Assembly (NCBI RefSeq): GCF_006345805.1
Contig: NC_043008.1
Span: 64,108,001-64,172,000, forward strand
Source of the DNA: Octopus sinensis
Taxonomy: Eukaryota
Length of the DNA stretch: 64,000 nucleotides
Direction: 5' to 3'
The position numbers were made by a program, and so were the translations under genes. The notes under the pieces were generated by a model. The model made no database searches and was not told the DNA's origin. It was given only the letters and a program-made list of their open reading frames with translations. Of the stretch, positions 1 through 12,734 are shown piece by piece. How positions within the stretch are numbered: the first letter of the stretch is position 1; each line of letters opens with the position of its first letter.

Positions 1-64
1 TATTTTTTTCCCGAGGCACCTGCGGATACAGGTAAAAATCTGTTCTCAGTCATAGCTTTTAGCC

Positions 65-372
65 ATAAAAATATCAGCCATAGCTTTTTGACGGTGTCTA
101 ACAAAAAAAATAAGATAAAGAAAAGTGGAAGAGAAGCAGTTTCACAGCGTCTAAACAAAAAAAGGGAAAGACAAAGTGAGTGAGAGTGAGAAGGAGACAG
201 AGAGTAAGTGACGACATTCATAAAAAATATCAGCCATAGCTTTTTGACAGCGTCTAACAAAAAAATAAGATAAATAAAAGTGGAAGAGAAGCAGTTTCAC
301 AGCGTCTAAACAAAAAAAAAGAGAAAGACAAAGTGAGAGAGAGAGAAAGTGATGACGTTCATAAAAAATAAA
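65..372. repeat. ~155-bp tandem duplication (2 copies)
   Basis: ATAAAAA(A)TATCAGCCATAGCTTTTTGAC..AAGTGGAAGAGAAGCAGTTTCACAGCGTCTAAAC is repeated at ~65 and ~220. Confidence 0.8.
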
Positions 373-802
373 ATCTAAAATGTTTTGATTTTTCTTAAAC
401 ACGAGATATAGTGTTCAAATTCAGGATGTTTTTGAAAGACACTATATTTTATAATCAGAGTATATATACTTTCTCACACAACAATTACAATATATTTATT
501 TTAAATCATTTATTTATTTTAAATCGTTCATCGTTTTGTCCCCCCTCTCTCTCTCACACACATTACTTTGGTTGTGAAAGGGTTTTGTTTTTATTTTACG
601 CCGAGTAAAAAAGTGTTTTCTTGACAATCCATTTATTTAACAACAAAGAAACAAAGAGGTAGCTAACAATTTGTCAGTGAAGTACACAATATAAAAGGGT
701 ACAATTTGCAAGGCTTCCACCACACTCCATTTCACGGATCACAAAAAGGGTTTAGTTTGGTTTGAAACAAAGAACTTGATTAGCTTAATAATCGTAACTT
801 AA

Positions 803-831
803 TCCTGGGCAAGGCCGGGTTATACTGCTAG
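803..831 (+). mobile_element. Helitron 3' terminus (element may extend from the window start)
   Basis: CCTGGGCAAGGCCGGG degenerate hairpin followed by TTATACTG-CTAG|T, the same terminus as the other Helitrons. Confidence 0.6.
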
Positions 832-2549
832 TACATATATAAATACTAATGGTAAAACAACAAAAGAATGAATGAGACATTCATGTGTGCAAGCTTGTAT
901 GCAAGTAATATATATATTTTTTGGTGAATGCGTTGGTGAGCATGTGTTTGTTTCAAGTGAGGGTGGATGAGTATAGGCACATGCACGTGGGGGTGCGGGC
1001 ATGCATGTATATGTATGGATATGCATGCTTACGCGATTACTATGAACATTTTTACTCCCTTACCTTTACTCCCTCTCCTTACTTAGCAGTCATTCTAATA
1101 GCTATTTTGTCTTAATAACGGTCAATCACACAGTAATTTCCCTTTGTTTAACGGTCATTTTCATAGCATTTTTTTCAATGGCTTGATAACAGTAGAGAGG
1201 CCAGCATGGGTTTTCCCCCCGACATCCGAAACTCAGAGTTTTATCATGGCTACCGAATAATTGTCACATATTATATTTACAGATATATATATATCAGATT
1301 GGAGTTTGGTACAGCCATCTGGTTCGCCAGACCTCAGTTAAATCATCCAACCCATGCTAGCATGGAAAGCAGACGTTAAACGATGATGATGATGATGATG
1401 ATACATACATACATATATATAAAATTATATAACGAGTGTAGAAATTGATGTTAATCAATAAAAACCAGTGGCTTAGCATATTCAAAAAATCCAAAGATTA
1501 AAAATTATATTACATATAATTTACATGTATATGTATATATATATATGCATATATATACATATATATACATATATATATATATATACGTATCACGTACATA
1601 CATATATACATACTTGTATACATGATTGTGTGTGTTGTGTGTGTGTGTGTGTCTGTGTGTAAACATTTAGAGATAAAAGTAATATATGGCCTTCGTTGCA
1701 ACTAATATATCAATGTTAGATTTATAGAGTTCTTCTTTCTTGAATTGTTTTAAAATTTGTCATTGGGGAGATTCCACACAGAAGTTCATGAACATTTAAA
1801 ATAGATTACATTTTTAAATTAAAACCTACGCCAAAAAGATTAATAGATTATTTCCAGAACAAGTTGGAAGTGAAAGACAATTTACATTGATTTATCTCTG
1901 ATAATTTAATTTACACCAAACTTAATTGCAAGGTCATATCATGGTGTACTCACATATTTAAGCACTATCTGTATCAGTTAAGGAGAAATAAATTTCAAGG
2001 TTGGAACATGTATATGTAAGAAGGATTACAAGGGTTAAGTAGGGTTTCTTTTATCATGTTAGCTAAAGTATATTTAATTAAGGGAATTTAATTGGCTTAT
2101 TCTGTTGTTTTCATTACTTTAAAACTATGTCGAAAATATCTGTACTTCTACATTTTTGGTATAAAGTAAGCAGAATGGTACAATGTCAGCTTGTATGGTT
2201 GGCTAAGGAAGTGGTATATTGGTAGAGTTGTTAAAGTGTCCTGTGTCTTGCATTCCGAGTTCAATTCCACTGTGAGCAACTTTCTCTTTCATGCTTCATC
2301 ATCATCATCATTTAATATCCATTTTCCATGCTGGCATGGGTCGGACAGTTGGACCAGAGCTGGCAAGCTGGAGAGCTGAACCAGGCTCCAGTCTGATTTG
2401 GTTTGGGTTTCTATGACATGATGCTCTTCCTAATGCCAACCACTTTACAGAGTGTGCTCAATACGTTTATAAGGCACTGCAAGAGTGCTTTTACATAGCA
2501 TTAGTACAACTGCTTTTTTACATGGCAACAACACTTGCATGCCGATCCT

Positions 2550-2835
2550 CTTCATCAACGGGAGCATCTGTAACACTTCTGTTGGGGAGCACGGGCCTTC
2601 TTGAGTACAGCAAAGTACCAAGGAGCTTGGTTCTTTGTTATCTTATCTGAAAAGTTCAGCATCCAGAAGTCATCCTTCAGTACTTCGTTCCATGTCTTCC
2701 TGGGTCTCTCACTTCCATGTGTTCCATGAGTCTTGAAATAAAATACCACCTAAGGGTGGTGAATGGGATGAATCATGAAAGCATTGGATGAGGTGTCTTG
2801 GAGTATTTGTTCTAGCTCTTTGCTTTTTAAGTTCA
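2550..2835 (-). mobile_element. RTE-clade LINE 3' fragment
   Basis: GTHGSERPRKTWNEVLKDDFWMLNF..PWYFAVLKKAR is homologous to the RTE C-terminus at 35750-35909. Confidence 0.7.
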
Positions 2836-3072
2836 ATTCCTGGTGAGGCCTATTTGGTCTGTAGACTTAATTTGTCACCCAGCTTAACGCTGTTGTCTGG
2901 TCCAATGAAATCTTTACTAAAGTCCACTCTGTTTTTACAATTCAGACCAACTCTCCAGTTGAAGGATAACTTCCATCCTAATCCATTCCCTCTTACCTGT
3001 CTTAGAAGCTTAACAAAGGATCAACGGAATTACCTATCCATTTTGAATAAGTAATAACAATAACAAAAATGC

Positions 3073-3148
3073 TTAATCCAACACCCATTTTAACACAACC
3101 AGCTGGTCCTTGGCTGCCTTAAGCATAGACTGATCATTTGATCCAGTT
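3073..3148 (-). CDS. Candidate terminal coding exon (TGSNDQSMLKAAKDQLVVLKWVLD*)
   Basis: Acceptor tttgtcttctaaaacag and coding-like codon usage. Confidence 0.25.
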
Positions 3149-3684
3149 CTGTTTTAGAAGACAAACCCCAAATTGTAATTTATTCTTTCCTCAGTCTTGG
3201 AGAACTTTTAGAAAGCAGGCATAATCCTACTTCTTCTTCTGGCCAAGTGATAAAAGCAATGATGTGTATTTGTATGATTATAAATTAAAAGGTTAAATTA
3301 AGGTTAATTGGGAAAAAAAAAGACTATCACCAAATATAACAATAAATTAAGGTCTTTATATTAAAGCTCAATTAAGAAAAATAAGTGGACATTTATTGGC
3401 AGGATCACTCAATACTGAGAGTAAACTCAAGTTGTTTTGTAAAGTTTAAACTGGTTGGGTCTTCAAATTTTACTTAGTAGCTTCTTCAACAAGTGAAGAA
3501 AGCTACATTGTCTAGTATTTATAAAGAAAAACTAAAGGGAAGCCACATCAAAAACAGTAGTGTGCACATAGGGCATAACATTTATTTTTGAAATGACAGC
3601 AGCAAGAATTTTTATTTCATTTGCGGCAGGAATCTAATGGAATAGTTTAAAGGTCTAAAATAAAAAAAAATAATAATAATCCTT

Positions 3685-4077
3685 TCTACTACAGGCACAA
3701 GGCCTGAAATTTTCAGGGTGAGGTCATGTCGATTACATCAACTTCAATGTTACACTAGTACTTTTTTATCAACCCCTAAAGGATGAAAGGCAAAGTTGAC
3801 CTCGGCGGAATTTGAACTCAGAATGTAGTGGCAGACGAAATACCTAATTCTTTACTACCCACAAGGGGCTAAATATAGAGGGGACAAACAAGGGCAGACA
3901 AACGGATTAAGTCAATTACATTGACACCAGTCCATAAATGGTACTTATTTAATCAACCCCAAAAGGATGAAAGGCAGAGTGGACCTCGGCAGGATTTGAA
4001 TTCAGAACATAAAGACAGATGAAATACTGCTTAGCATTTCGCCCGGTGTGCTAACGTTTCTGCCAGCTCGCCGCCTT
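3685..4077 (-). mobile_element. SINE family A, full copy (3847-4077) plus partial tandem copy
   Basis: Reverse complement of the 5035-5271 sequence. Confidence 0.8.
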
Positions 4078-5034
4078 CATGATAATAATAAACGCTGGTG
4101 AACAGTTAAGTAAAAGACAAGTTTAGTGAGATAAAGGAAGGAAAAATTGTTAATATAGGTCAGTATTCAGCTATGTATGAAAAATATTTTGCTGTAATTC
4201 AGGCAGCTGGATAAAAGGATTGAATATCTCAATCAAATAAAGAGAAATTACTATAATTTTTTTGTTTATGATAGAAATTATATCTAATTGGAATTACAAT
4301 GATTCCACGGGGATTCTTTTACTAATCAATTAATCAAAACATATATAGCGTAAGGAGGCCATAGTTGCACTGCATGAGATTTAACATCATCCACCATCTT
4401 TCTTTCTCAGTCATCAAGCGATCTCATATTTTCTACTATTTTCCCTCGTTTTTATTCTCTGAGGTGCTCGGTCACCTCCTCCATGGCCTTCCTCTTTTAA
4501 TGGAAATTCATCCGAGCATGACCAGATCAGCTACAGGTATGGTGCCATGCTGTTATGTCACATGATCAGCCCATCTGATTACTAAATCATTAGCTAAAAT
4601 ATATTCTGTTAAGGAAATGGCTTGTTCAGCTTCTGTGGCATTAAACATAGATTTACCATTCTAATAGTTCCATATTTGGCATCAGATTATCAGATACGGA
4701 TGAGCATACATGTATTCATGTATGCATATGTATCATACCTGTATGCACATGTATTATTAAATGTATTATACTTCCTGGTTTATATATTATCCTTATACTC
4801 CTTCAAGAGTACATGTGAGTGTATATTATATACATACAGGACTATTAAATAAATATGAAGAAGTGCACACTTGTATAATTATGTATTATCTCTAAGTATA
4901 TAACAGAGCACATTTGCATGTTTATATATTGAATTTACACTCATACAAGATTGCAATCATATAATCGTTGTCATCATCCTCATCAGCATCATCATCATTG
5001 CCACCACCATCATCATCACGATTATGGTCATCTT

Positions 5035-5271
5035 TAAGGCAGCGAGCTGGCAGAATCGTTAGCGCACTGGACGAAATGCTCAGCGGTATTTCGCCTGTCG
5101 CTACATTCTGAATTCAAATACCGTCGAGGTCGACTTTGCCTTTCATCCTTTCGGGGGCGATTAAATAAGTACCAGTTATGCACTGGGGGGTCGATATAAT
5201 CGACTTAATCCGTTTGTCTGTCCTTGTTTGTCCTCTCTGTGTTTAGCCCCTTGTGGGTAGTAAAGAAATAG
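5035..5271 (+). mobile_element. SINE family A (GGCGGCGAGCTGGCAGAA... head)
   Basis: Multi-copy in the window. It has a B-box-like GA(G/A)TTCAAAT and a GTAGTAAAGAAATAG end. Confidence 0.8.
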
Positions 5272-5846
5272 ATTATGGTCATCTTCATCATCATCATCAC
5301 TGTCGTTGTCAATCCAATGTCCACTTTTCCATGCTTGCATAGGTTGGGTAGCATTTATAAATACAGATTTTCCATGGCTGGATGCCCTTCCTGTTCCCAA
5401 CCTTCATCTATTTCCTAGCAGGTTAAACAAAATATTTCCATATGGCTCGACATGTTCTCACAGAATATTGGAAATGAATACTGCTGCCTGTATGTTAATG
5501 ACAACCATTTTACAACTATAATGTGATGTCAAGACAAGGAAACACAAACATACATGTACTTACACACACATAAATATATATATACATACATACATATATA
5601 TATATGCATGTATACACTATCTTTACATAAATACATGATTACCAAATAACTATGTGCAAGTGCATTAGTACGTTTCTGTATTATCTCTATCCCTAGACTA
5701 GAGTACATGTACGTTTATTTACCAAAATTCCTGTCATTCCATATTCAGTATCACATAATTGACAGCAATTAGGAATTCTAAATCAAGAATATAAAACATC
5801 TTTGAAAAATATAAATTGATCTAGATAGCTTGAAATGTTCCAGTAC

Positions 5847-5939
5847 CTATTTTGGCAGCTGATGGCATAATCTAGAAAAAATTTCATGCTGGTGTCTAGA
5901 CAAATGCAGTAGTCTAGACAATTTGCTAATATAGGAAGG
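5847..5939 (-). CDS. Candidate internal exon (LPILANCLDYCICLDTSMKFFLDYAISCQN)
   Basis: Strong acceptor ttctttgctatttccag but weak donor TAG|gtactg. Phase-compatible with 3073-3148. Confidence 0.25.
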   Translation of the reverse strand, partial: PSYISKLSRLLHLSRHQHEIFSRLCHQLPK

Positions 5940-6050
5940 CTGGAAATAGCAAAGAAGCAATAACAAAAGCATTAGAATTGTTGCATGCCTTCTGGTATTT
6001 ATTGTTTCAATGAGACACATCGATCTATGTCATTCTTGAGAAAATTTTAT

Positions 6051-6052
6051 GC

Positions 6053-6083
<31 letters not shown>

Positions 6084-6183
6084 ATTTATACATATATATA
6101 TATATAATATATATATATATATTATATATATATATATATATATTTATACATATATATATATATATACATTTATACATATATAT

Positions 6184-6267
<84 letters not shown>

Positions 6268-6450
6268 GGATATACATATATATATATACACATATATATT
6301 CACATATATATATATCACATGCCCAAAAAGTTGCAATATGGTGATATATATATATATATATATCATCATCATCATCATCATCATTATCGTCGTCGTCGTC
6401 ATCATCATCATTCTTTTGCAATATGTTGTTTTATATATATATATATATAT
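6051..6450. repeat. Compound (TA)n/(GATA)n/(CAT)n microsatellite; similar (TA)n blocks at 10255-10445, 14685-15022, 18470-18730, 29305-29497, 39270-39452, 52000-52375
   Basis: Read directly from the sequence. Confidence 0.95.
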
Positions 6451-6735
6451 AGTACCATTTTGCAGCAATCTAGACATGTAATATATTTATCTTTGATTTA
6501 CTGATACCATAATATAAACATTACCTATTGCCAACCTAAATCTAACTTCAGCATAGACAAAGATTCAATAATGTGATTGAAACAAGAATTATGGTTCTGA
6601 TTTTAAGAATTTTCCAAACAGTTTTACAGTATTTTTAAGTGATTTCCTGTCAAACATAAGTTTTCTTTGTAAATACAGTGAAATGAAAGATTAGATGTAT
6701 AGCTATAGCCTTATAAGTGTATACAATGTCAGATA

Positions 6736-6788
<53 letters not shown>

Positions 6789-7024
6789 TATATATACATA
6801 CATACATACACACACACACATATACATACATACACACACATATATACATATGTATATAAAGAATATTTTTGATATCTTTGAATCAAATAAACTACACTAT
6901 ATTTTAGTACCAACTTCAATAATATAAGACAAGTTCTCTTTTTGTCGTGAACACAACATAACAAAAATAGTAAATATGTACAGGAATGGATGCATGGTTA
7001 ATAAGGTTACTTAAAAACTATGTA

Positions 7025-7135
7025 CAAAGGGGTGCTGAAAAGTTCCTGGCTCTAAGGTTATAGTAAAAGGCCCGGCTGGAGGAGCCAGACTTCCAAGTAT
7101 TTTTACAGGACTTAGAAAATCTGAAGGACCACTGA
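7025..7135. mobile_element. Mariner-like terminal fragment
   Basis: TA followed by CAAAGGGGTGCTGAAAAGTTCCTGGCT resembles a mariner TIR. No partner end was found. Confidence 0.4.
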
Positions 7136-7620
7136 AAATTCTTCAAGGCAAGGCCCCAGCATGGCCACAGTCTAATTACTGAAACAAGTAAACGATAAAA
7201 GATAAAATGAATTGACCCCAGGATTTATTGTTTTTAAGCCTAGTACTTATGAGCTTCTTTCAGTTTCCATCTACCAAATCCCACTCAAAATGTTTTGGTT
7301 GACCTGAAGCTATTGTAGAAGACATTTGTCAAAAGTGTTAGAGAGCGGGACTGAAAGCAGCCCCTTATGGTTGCAAAGCAAACTTCTTATCACAAAGCCA
7401 AGCCATTTGTGTATGTATGTGTGTGAGTTTTTGTGTCTCCTTGTCTTGACATCACACTCTAATCGTAAACAAACCTCACTACCATACATGCTGTAATTTT
7501 GCTTGCAATTTCCAACATAAACATATCCTGCTGTTGTGCTCTTGTTGCTTTAAGGGCAACAGTAAACTTAACTTGCTTAGAAATAAGTGATGACTGACAT
7601 CAGGAAGCACATCCAGCTAT

Positions 7621-7672
7621 TAAATTTCATCAAAATTTCATCAAAATTTCATCAAAATTTCATCAAAATTTC
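7621..7672. repeat. 11-bp tandem repeat (AAATTTCATCA)x~4-5
   Basis: Read directly from the sequence. Confidence 0.85.
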
Positions 7673-7796
7673 ATCTGATCCATGCAAGTATGGAAAAACA
7701 AATGTTAAAATGATCACCATCATCATCATCATCATCATTGCTGCCACCATCACTGCTGTTGTTGCTGTCACTGTTACCATCATAATTTTCGCTGCT

Positions 7797-8092
7797 GTCT
7801 TCTTCTTCTTCTTCTTCTTCTTCTTCTTCTTCTTCTTCTTCTTCTTCTTCTTCTTCTTCTTCTTTCTTCTTCTTCTTCTTCTTCTATTCTTCTCTTCTTC
7901 TTCTTCTTCTTCTTCTTTCTTCTTCTTTCTTCTTCTTCTCTTCTTCTTCTCTCTTCTTCTTCTTCTCTTCTTCTTCTTCTTCTTCTTCTTCTTCTTCTTC
8001 TTCTTCTTCTTCTTTCTTCTTCTTCTTCTTCTTCTTCTTCTTCGTCTTCTTCTTCTTCTCTTCTCTTCTTTCTTCTTCTTCTTCTTCTTCTT
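7797..8092. repeat. (CTT)n microsatellite
   Basis: Read directly from the sequence. Confidence 0.95.
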
Positions 8093-8529
8093 CCAGTCAA
8101 GACTCACGCCATTAGCCACAGAGGACAACCTCTAATTCGAGCCTACTCTAAGCTACTAAGAATGTGTGCAGCAACTTAAAGATCCACCCACCACACGCGA
8201 TAGACTGGCGGTTGCATGGGCGCAAAAGCTACGTTGTTATCCTCATTCCGTAAACGGTGGCTTTTAATGGGTGGAGAGCTGAACCATCCTGGCTACAGAG
8301 GATTCGCAATCTAGACTAGGGTCTGAAAGTTTACCACACCATAGTGGGTTACACCATGGTTCCTCTGCTTTGTGGCAGAAGTAGGGAGAGAAAGTGAGAG
8401 AAAGTTGTGGTGAAAGAGTACAGGAGGGTGTTTTTGCTCAGTAAACATTCAAAATGCCTGGTTCGGGAATTGAAACTGCGTTCTTACGACCGCGAGTCTG
8501 CTGCCCTAACCACTGGGCCCTTGCGCCTC
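8093..8529 (-). mobile_element. tRNA-derived SINE family D-like copy leading into a (GAA)n tail
   Basis: The head at 8400-8529 is homologous to 61930-62107. The 3' part abuts the (CTT)n tract at 7797-8092. Confidence 0.6.
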
Positions 8530-9291
8530 CATTATCACTGCTGTTGTCATCAGCATCAGTCATCATCGTTGTCATCATCATGCCAATGATGATGATGATT
8601 ATGATCATCATGATCACTTTGATAGACTTGATGATGATCATCATCATTATCATCAGCATTGTTGTTATCAACATCGACATCATCATCATCATCATCATCA
8701 TCATTGTTTTAAGATGAAAGTTAATATATTTTGAGATTAGAATTTCAAAATGTATAAATCAAATAATATTTAAAACTGAATAATTAATTTTTTTTTTTTT
8801 TAGTTTTTTTTCCAATTTGTGATGACTCCCCAATTTTCTTCAAAAATTTATTAGCAAATTAATTTATTTGCTTGTATTCAATTTTAATATGTTCTGGCAG
8901 ATTTAAGCATGAATATCTGTTCACTGTTGATGATCAACAACAACGATCTGATTTTTCACATTGAAATCTGCCAGAAAGTATTAACAATGAATAGATACAT
9001 TATTGTTTGAATTTTCACTGTTCTGCATGCACCCCTTGAATAATTTATTTGTCCACATGCAACAAAGGATATTCGTAGCTATATTAATACATGTATAATT
9101 TCATGATAAAAAATATTATTCTACATGCATGAGTGACTGTGTGATAAGAAGCTTGTTTCCTAGCCACTTGGCCTTGGATTCAGCCCTACTGCAAAGTACC
9201 TTGTGGTGTCTGTGCTTTGGGTTGACCAAAGCCTAGTGAATGGATTTAATAGGTGATAACTGAAAGAAGCTCATCACATATGGGCACACAT

Positions 9292-9324
<33 letters not shown>

Positions 9325-9929
9325 CTAGCAGAATAGCCCGGCATTGCTCGGGTTTGTTTTTAGTTGCGCTTTGTTCATTCGTTCTGTCTTACACTAAGGC
9401 AATTAGTTTTTCTCACAAAAAATCGATTGAAATTGCTGAATTGTATTCAACGCTGTAGCAGTTGACAACCTTGAAAATTAGTGCATTCACGCAGCGAACA
9501 TTACTCCTCTGCATTGGATCAGCTGATCCGTCATTCACTCAAAACCAATGACATCACAAAAAAATTGTTTTCGACCCTTTAGAATTGGAATTTTTGAAAA
9601 GTAAAAATTTTGTATTATGTAGCTTGTTATTCTCTTTAAGAGAACTTTTTTCTGGTTGAAATACACCAGAAAATGGTGACACAGTAGAAAAAAAAATCAT
9701 AAAAATTAGGGATTTTCATGGAAAAAAAGCACCTTTTTGATGTAAGCAGTTTTTGGTCTTAACATTGTTCAATTTGAATTTTTTCTTCAAGAGAATGAAG
9801 AGCAAGCCTTCTATCATACTCTCAATTTTGGTCAACTTGTGCAGCAGGGTCTCAGAGGAGATAGTGTTAGTTGAAGGCTACCAAACCTACCACATACACA
9901 CACAGACTTCAGCTTTATATATATATAGA
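9325..9929 (-). mobile_element. Non-autonomous Helitron, different internal sequence
   Basis: Minus strand runs 5' TCTATATATATATAAAGC to CCCGAGCAATGCCGGG-CTATTCTG-CTAG 3'. Confidence 0.7.
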
Positions 9930-10329
9930 TATATATGTATATGTATATGTTTTTATGATTGTTTCCCACCACAGTGTTACAACTAGTGTTGGTTTATTTA
10001 CATCTCTGTAATTTAGCAGTTTGGCAAAAAATGACCAATAGAATAAAAGCCAAGTTTTTTAAAAAAAAGTATTGATGACACTTTGTTTGACAAAACCCCT
10101 CAAGGAGGTGCTCCAGCATGGCTACAGTCCAAAGACTAAAACAAGAAGAACATAAAATATAAACTGTTCTATGGATGAGTTTCTTCATTTCAATGATACA
10201 ATTTAAAAAACTAGATAGAGTCAAAATAGAATCAAAAACCAATTATAAATTATTATATATGCATATATAATATATATATATATATATATATGCATATATA
10301 TATATATATATATAATATATATATATATA

Positions 10330-10438
<109 letters not shown>

Positions 10439-10447
10439 TATATATTT

Positions 10448-10750
10448 GCCAGTACGTGGCCATTTGCCAGCCTTGCCTGGCCTCCATGCCGGTGATACGT
10501 AAAAAGCACCATCCGACTGTGGCCGTTTGCCATCCTCGTCTGGCACCTGTGCCGGTGGCACGTAAAAAGCACCCACTACACTCATGGAGTGGTTGGCGTT
10601 AGGAAGGGCATCCAGCCGTAGAAACATTGCCAGATCAGACTGGGCCTGGTGCAGCCTTCTGGCTTCCCAGACCCCAGTTGCACCATCCAACCCATGCCAG
10701 CATGGAAAGCAGACGCTAAACGATGATGATGATGATGATGATGATGATAT
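10448..10750 (+). mobile_element. RTE-3'UTR-type repeat (family C); further copies at ~1305-1400, 2300-2530, 26625-26910, 29990-30200, 34030-34230, 35180-35370, 37960-38180, 45865-46210, 47405-47750
   Basis: GGCACGTAAAAAGCACC..GGAGTGGTTGGCGTTAGGAAGGGCATCCAGC..CCATGCCAGCATGGAAAGC.GACG.TAAACGATGAT matches the 3' UTR of the RTE at 36500-36712. Confidence 0.8.
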
Positions 10751-10939
10751 CTCATTCTTATTTCTCATAATTTCTGTCAAGGTACACCTCACTGTTGTTA
10801 TCGAAGTTGTGATCCAGATACGTAAATTAGTGTAATATTATGCTTTCCCTCATTGTGTAGCTGCTGAAGTTTTACACCGCTTCTCTTATCTGAGCTACAT
10901 GATCCATAGCAGTATTAGCTGCAAGTCTTAAAAAGATTT

Positions 10940-11490
10940 GGGAATGCTGGTGCAATTGTAGACTCACTGGACAAGGGTATTTGACACTGTCAATAACTGA
11001 ACAGGAAGACAAAGGTTTGGGTTTCCAGATCTCTGGTCCTCACTGTTTTGCTCTACAATTGTGAGACTTAGAATCTGTCTGGAGCCCTTAGAGGCCACCT
11101 GAACTCATTTGGTACCAAGATGCTTTGCGGGATTATGGGCTACCATTGGTCAGATTCTGTATCCCACCAACTACTATACTTAGAAACTAGAATGCATCCT
11201 TTTACTTGTATGATTCAGAAGTGTCAGCTTAGTCTGTTCGGTCATGTTGCTTGATATTCTAAGGTGAACCCTGCATACTGTGTTCTCTTCCCTGAGGATC
11301 CAGCTGCAGTGATGGCTCATGCTGGTCAGCCACATGCCTCATGGTCTCAGTAGATGAGAAAGTATTTCAGAGTTGGGAACTGACTGGTACACTGACCAGA
11401 GGGTTGGCAGGACAACCTCAGCAGATATTGTCATAGGATTAATGAAGCAATGTGCTCTCACAACTTATGCCCCCATACCTGACCTGTTCT
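10940..11490 (+). mobile_element. Old RTE-clade LINE 3' fragment
   Basis: KTKVWVSRSLVLTVLLYNCET*NL..LNSFGTKMLCGIMGYHWSDSVSHQLLYLETRM..LSLFGHVA*, with multiple stops. Confidence 0.8.
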
Positions 11491-11502
11491 AACCCCTTTC
11501 AG

Positions 11503-11566
11503 CAAGTTGATGAATATCGCATATCAAATAGCAGAATCATGGAGATGATGAAATGTAAAGATGCAG
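11503..11566 (+). CDS. Candidate exon (QVDEYRISNSRIMEMMKCKDA)
   Basis: Acceptor ctaacccctttcag and consensus donor CAG|gtaagt, with only one frame open. Confidence 0.3.
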
Positions 11567-11910
11567 GTAAGTCAGTAAATTCTGATCTCACAAGACGACA
11601 GTTCTCATAAAGCAGATGAAAAAAGACTATAACATGTGATCATAAGTAATCAAACCTCCAGCACCTCTATGTGTAGTGTGGGTGCAGTTCAACCGACAAT
11701 TATTTTTAAAATGTCCATTAATATACCAAACTCAATGTTGATACACCATAGACAGGCAGTTTTAGATGTTTTGTTAAAAACACAATATGTATCAGAGGGA
11801 ATTGAACAATTATCTCAACAGCAGCTAGCAAGAATACTTGAGGCACTTTGGCTCTCTTGGACTCTGTCAATATGTACTTGCAGCCACATGCTTATAAAAA
11901 ATTCTGTTAC

Positions 11911-12010
11911 CTCCAGTATATAGGAAACAGTAAGCAATACACATTCATTGATGTTGCAAATAGCTGTCAGGCTGAATAAAATCTCTGTATGCAATTGAAA
12001 TAGTATCAAA
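11911..12010 (-). CDS. Candidate internal exon (LILFQLHTEILFSLTAICNINECVLLTVSYILE)
   Basis: Acceptor aatattttag and donor GAG|gtaaca. Phase-compatible with 12624-12734. Confidence 0.3.
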
Positions 12011-12127
12011 CTAAAATATTCCTCTCTGTATCACATTTAACATGTATATACAATTGACAAGATGGTACTGCAGATTTAATCTGAGATAAAATCTCTTCTA
12101 GACGTTCTGTGTCAAAAAAAGTATTTT

Positions 12128-12362
12128 CTTATTTCTTTACTGCCCACAAGGGGCTACACACAGAGGGGACAAACAAGGACAAACAAACGGATTAAGTTGA
12201 TTATATCGACCCTAGTGCATAACTGGTACTTATTTAATCAACCCTGAAAAGATGAAAGGCAAAGTCGACCTCGGCGGAATTTGAACTCAGAATGTAGTGG
12301 CAGATGAAATGCTGCTAAGCATTTCACCTGGCATGCTAACGTTTCTGCCAGCTCACCACCCT
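12128..12362 (-). mobile_element. SINE family A
   Basis: Colinear with 3847-4077. Confidence 0.8.
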
Positions 12363-12623
12363 TTTTTTTATCTCAGGCAAATGCCTCTAAAAATAGCAGA
12401 TATGGCAGTTAACTGTACTTCAAAAGTACAAAAGCTGTACCACAAAGACAGCAAATTGCCCTAAAAAAGAGTATTTTCTGAAGAGACAAAAATCATTTTG
12501 GCAGTGGTTAGCAAGGATGCCAGATGCATTTCAGCATCCTTATGACCTGTCAATGACATTTCTTCAGTTGTGTCTACTGGTATTTCCATATTTGTTATAG
12601 AATAACTACCAGTGGATGTTTAC

Positions 12624-12734
12624 TTGTGCAGACAAGTAAACGTGCTCTTTGACAAATATAAAACATTGTTTACATAAGCTTCAACAAAAGTTTGTGTAAA
12701 CAATGCCTTTGGGTCCACATCCCTCGATGATTCT
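12624..12734 (-). CDS. Candidate internal exon, unknown protein (ESSRDVDPKALFTQTFVEAYVNNVLYLSKSTFTCLH)
   Basis: Acceptor cttgtttaatttctaag and donor CAA|gtaaac, with an in-frame stop just past the donor. Phase 2 joins cleanly to 11911-12010. No homology recognised. Confidence 0.35.

Noticed and set aside
5818-5920. Four TCTAGA sites within ~100 bp
   Set aside because: There is no larger repeat unit or TIR; probably a small local duplication or chance.
8886-8981. ~30-bp imperfect inverted repeat (TTCTGGCAGATTT/AAATCTGCCAGAA)
   Set aside because: Probably the internal palindrome of an old MITE; no ends, TSD or ribozyme core could be defined.
11640-12010. Minus frame interrupted only by TGA codons, hinting at a mitochondrial-code NUMT or selenoprotein
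   Set aside because: No similarity to mitochondrial proteins was recognised, no SECIS was seen, and neighbouring frames stop at TAA/TAG.
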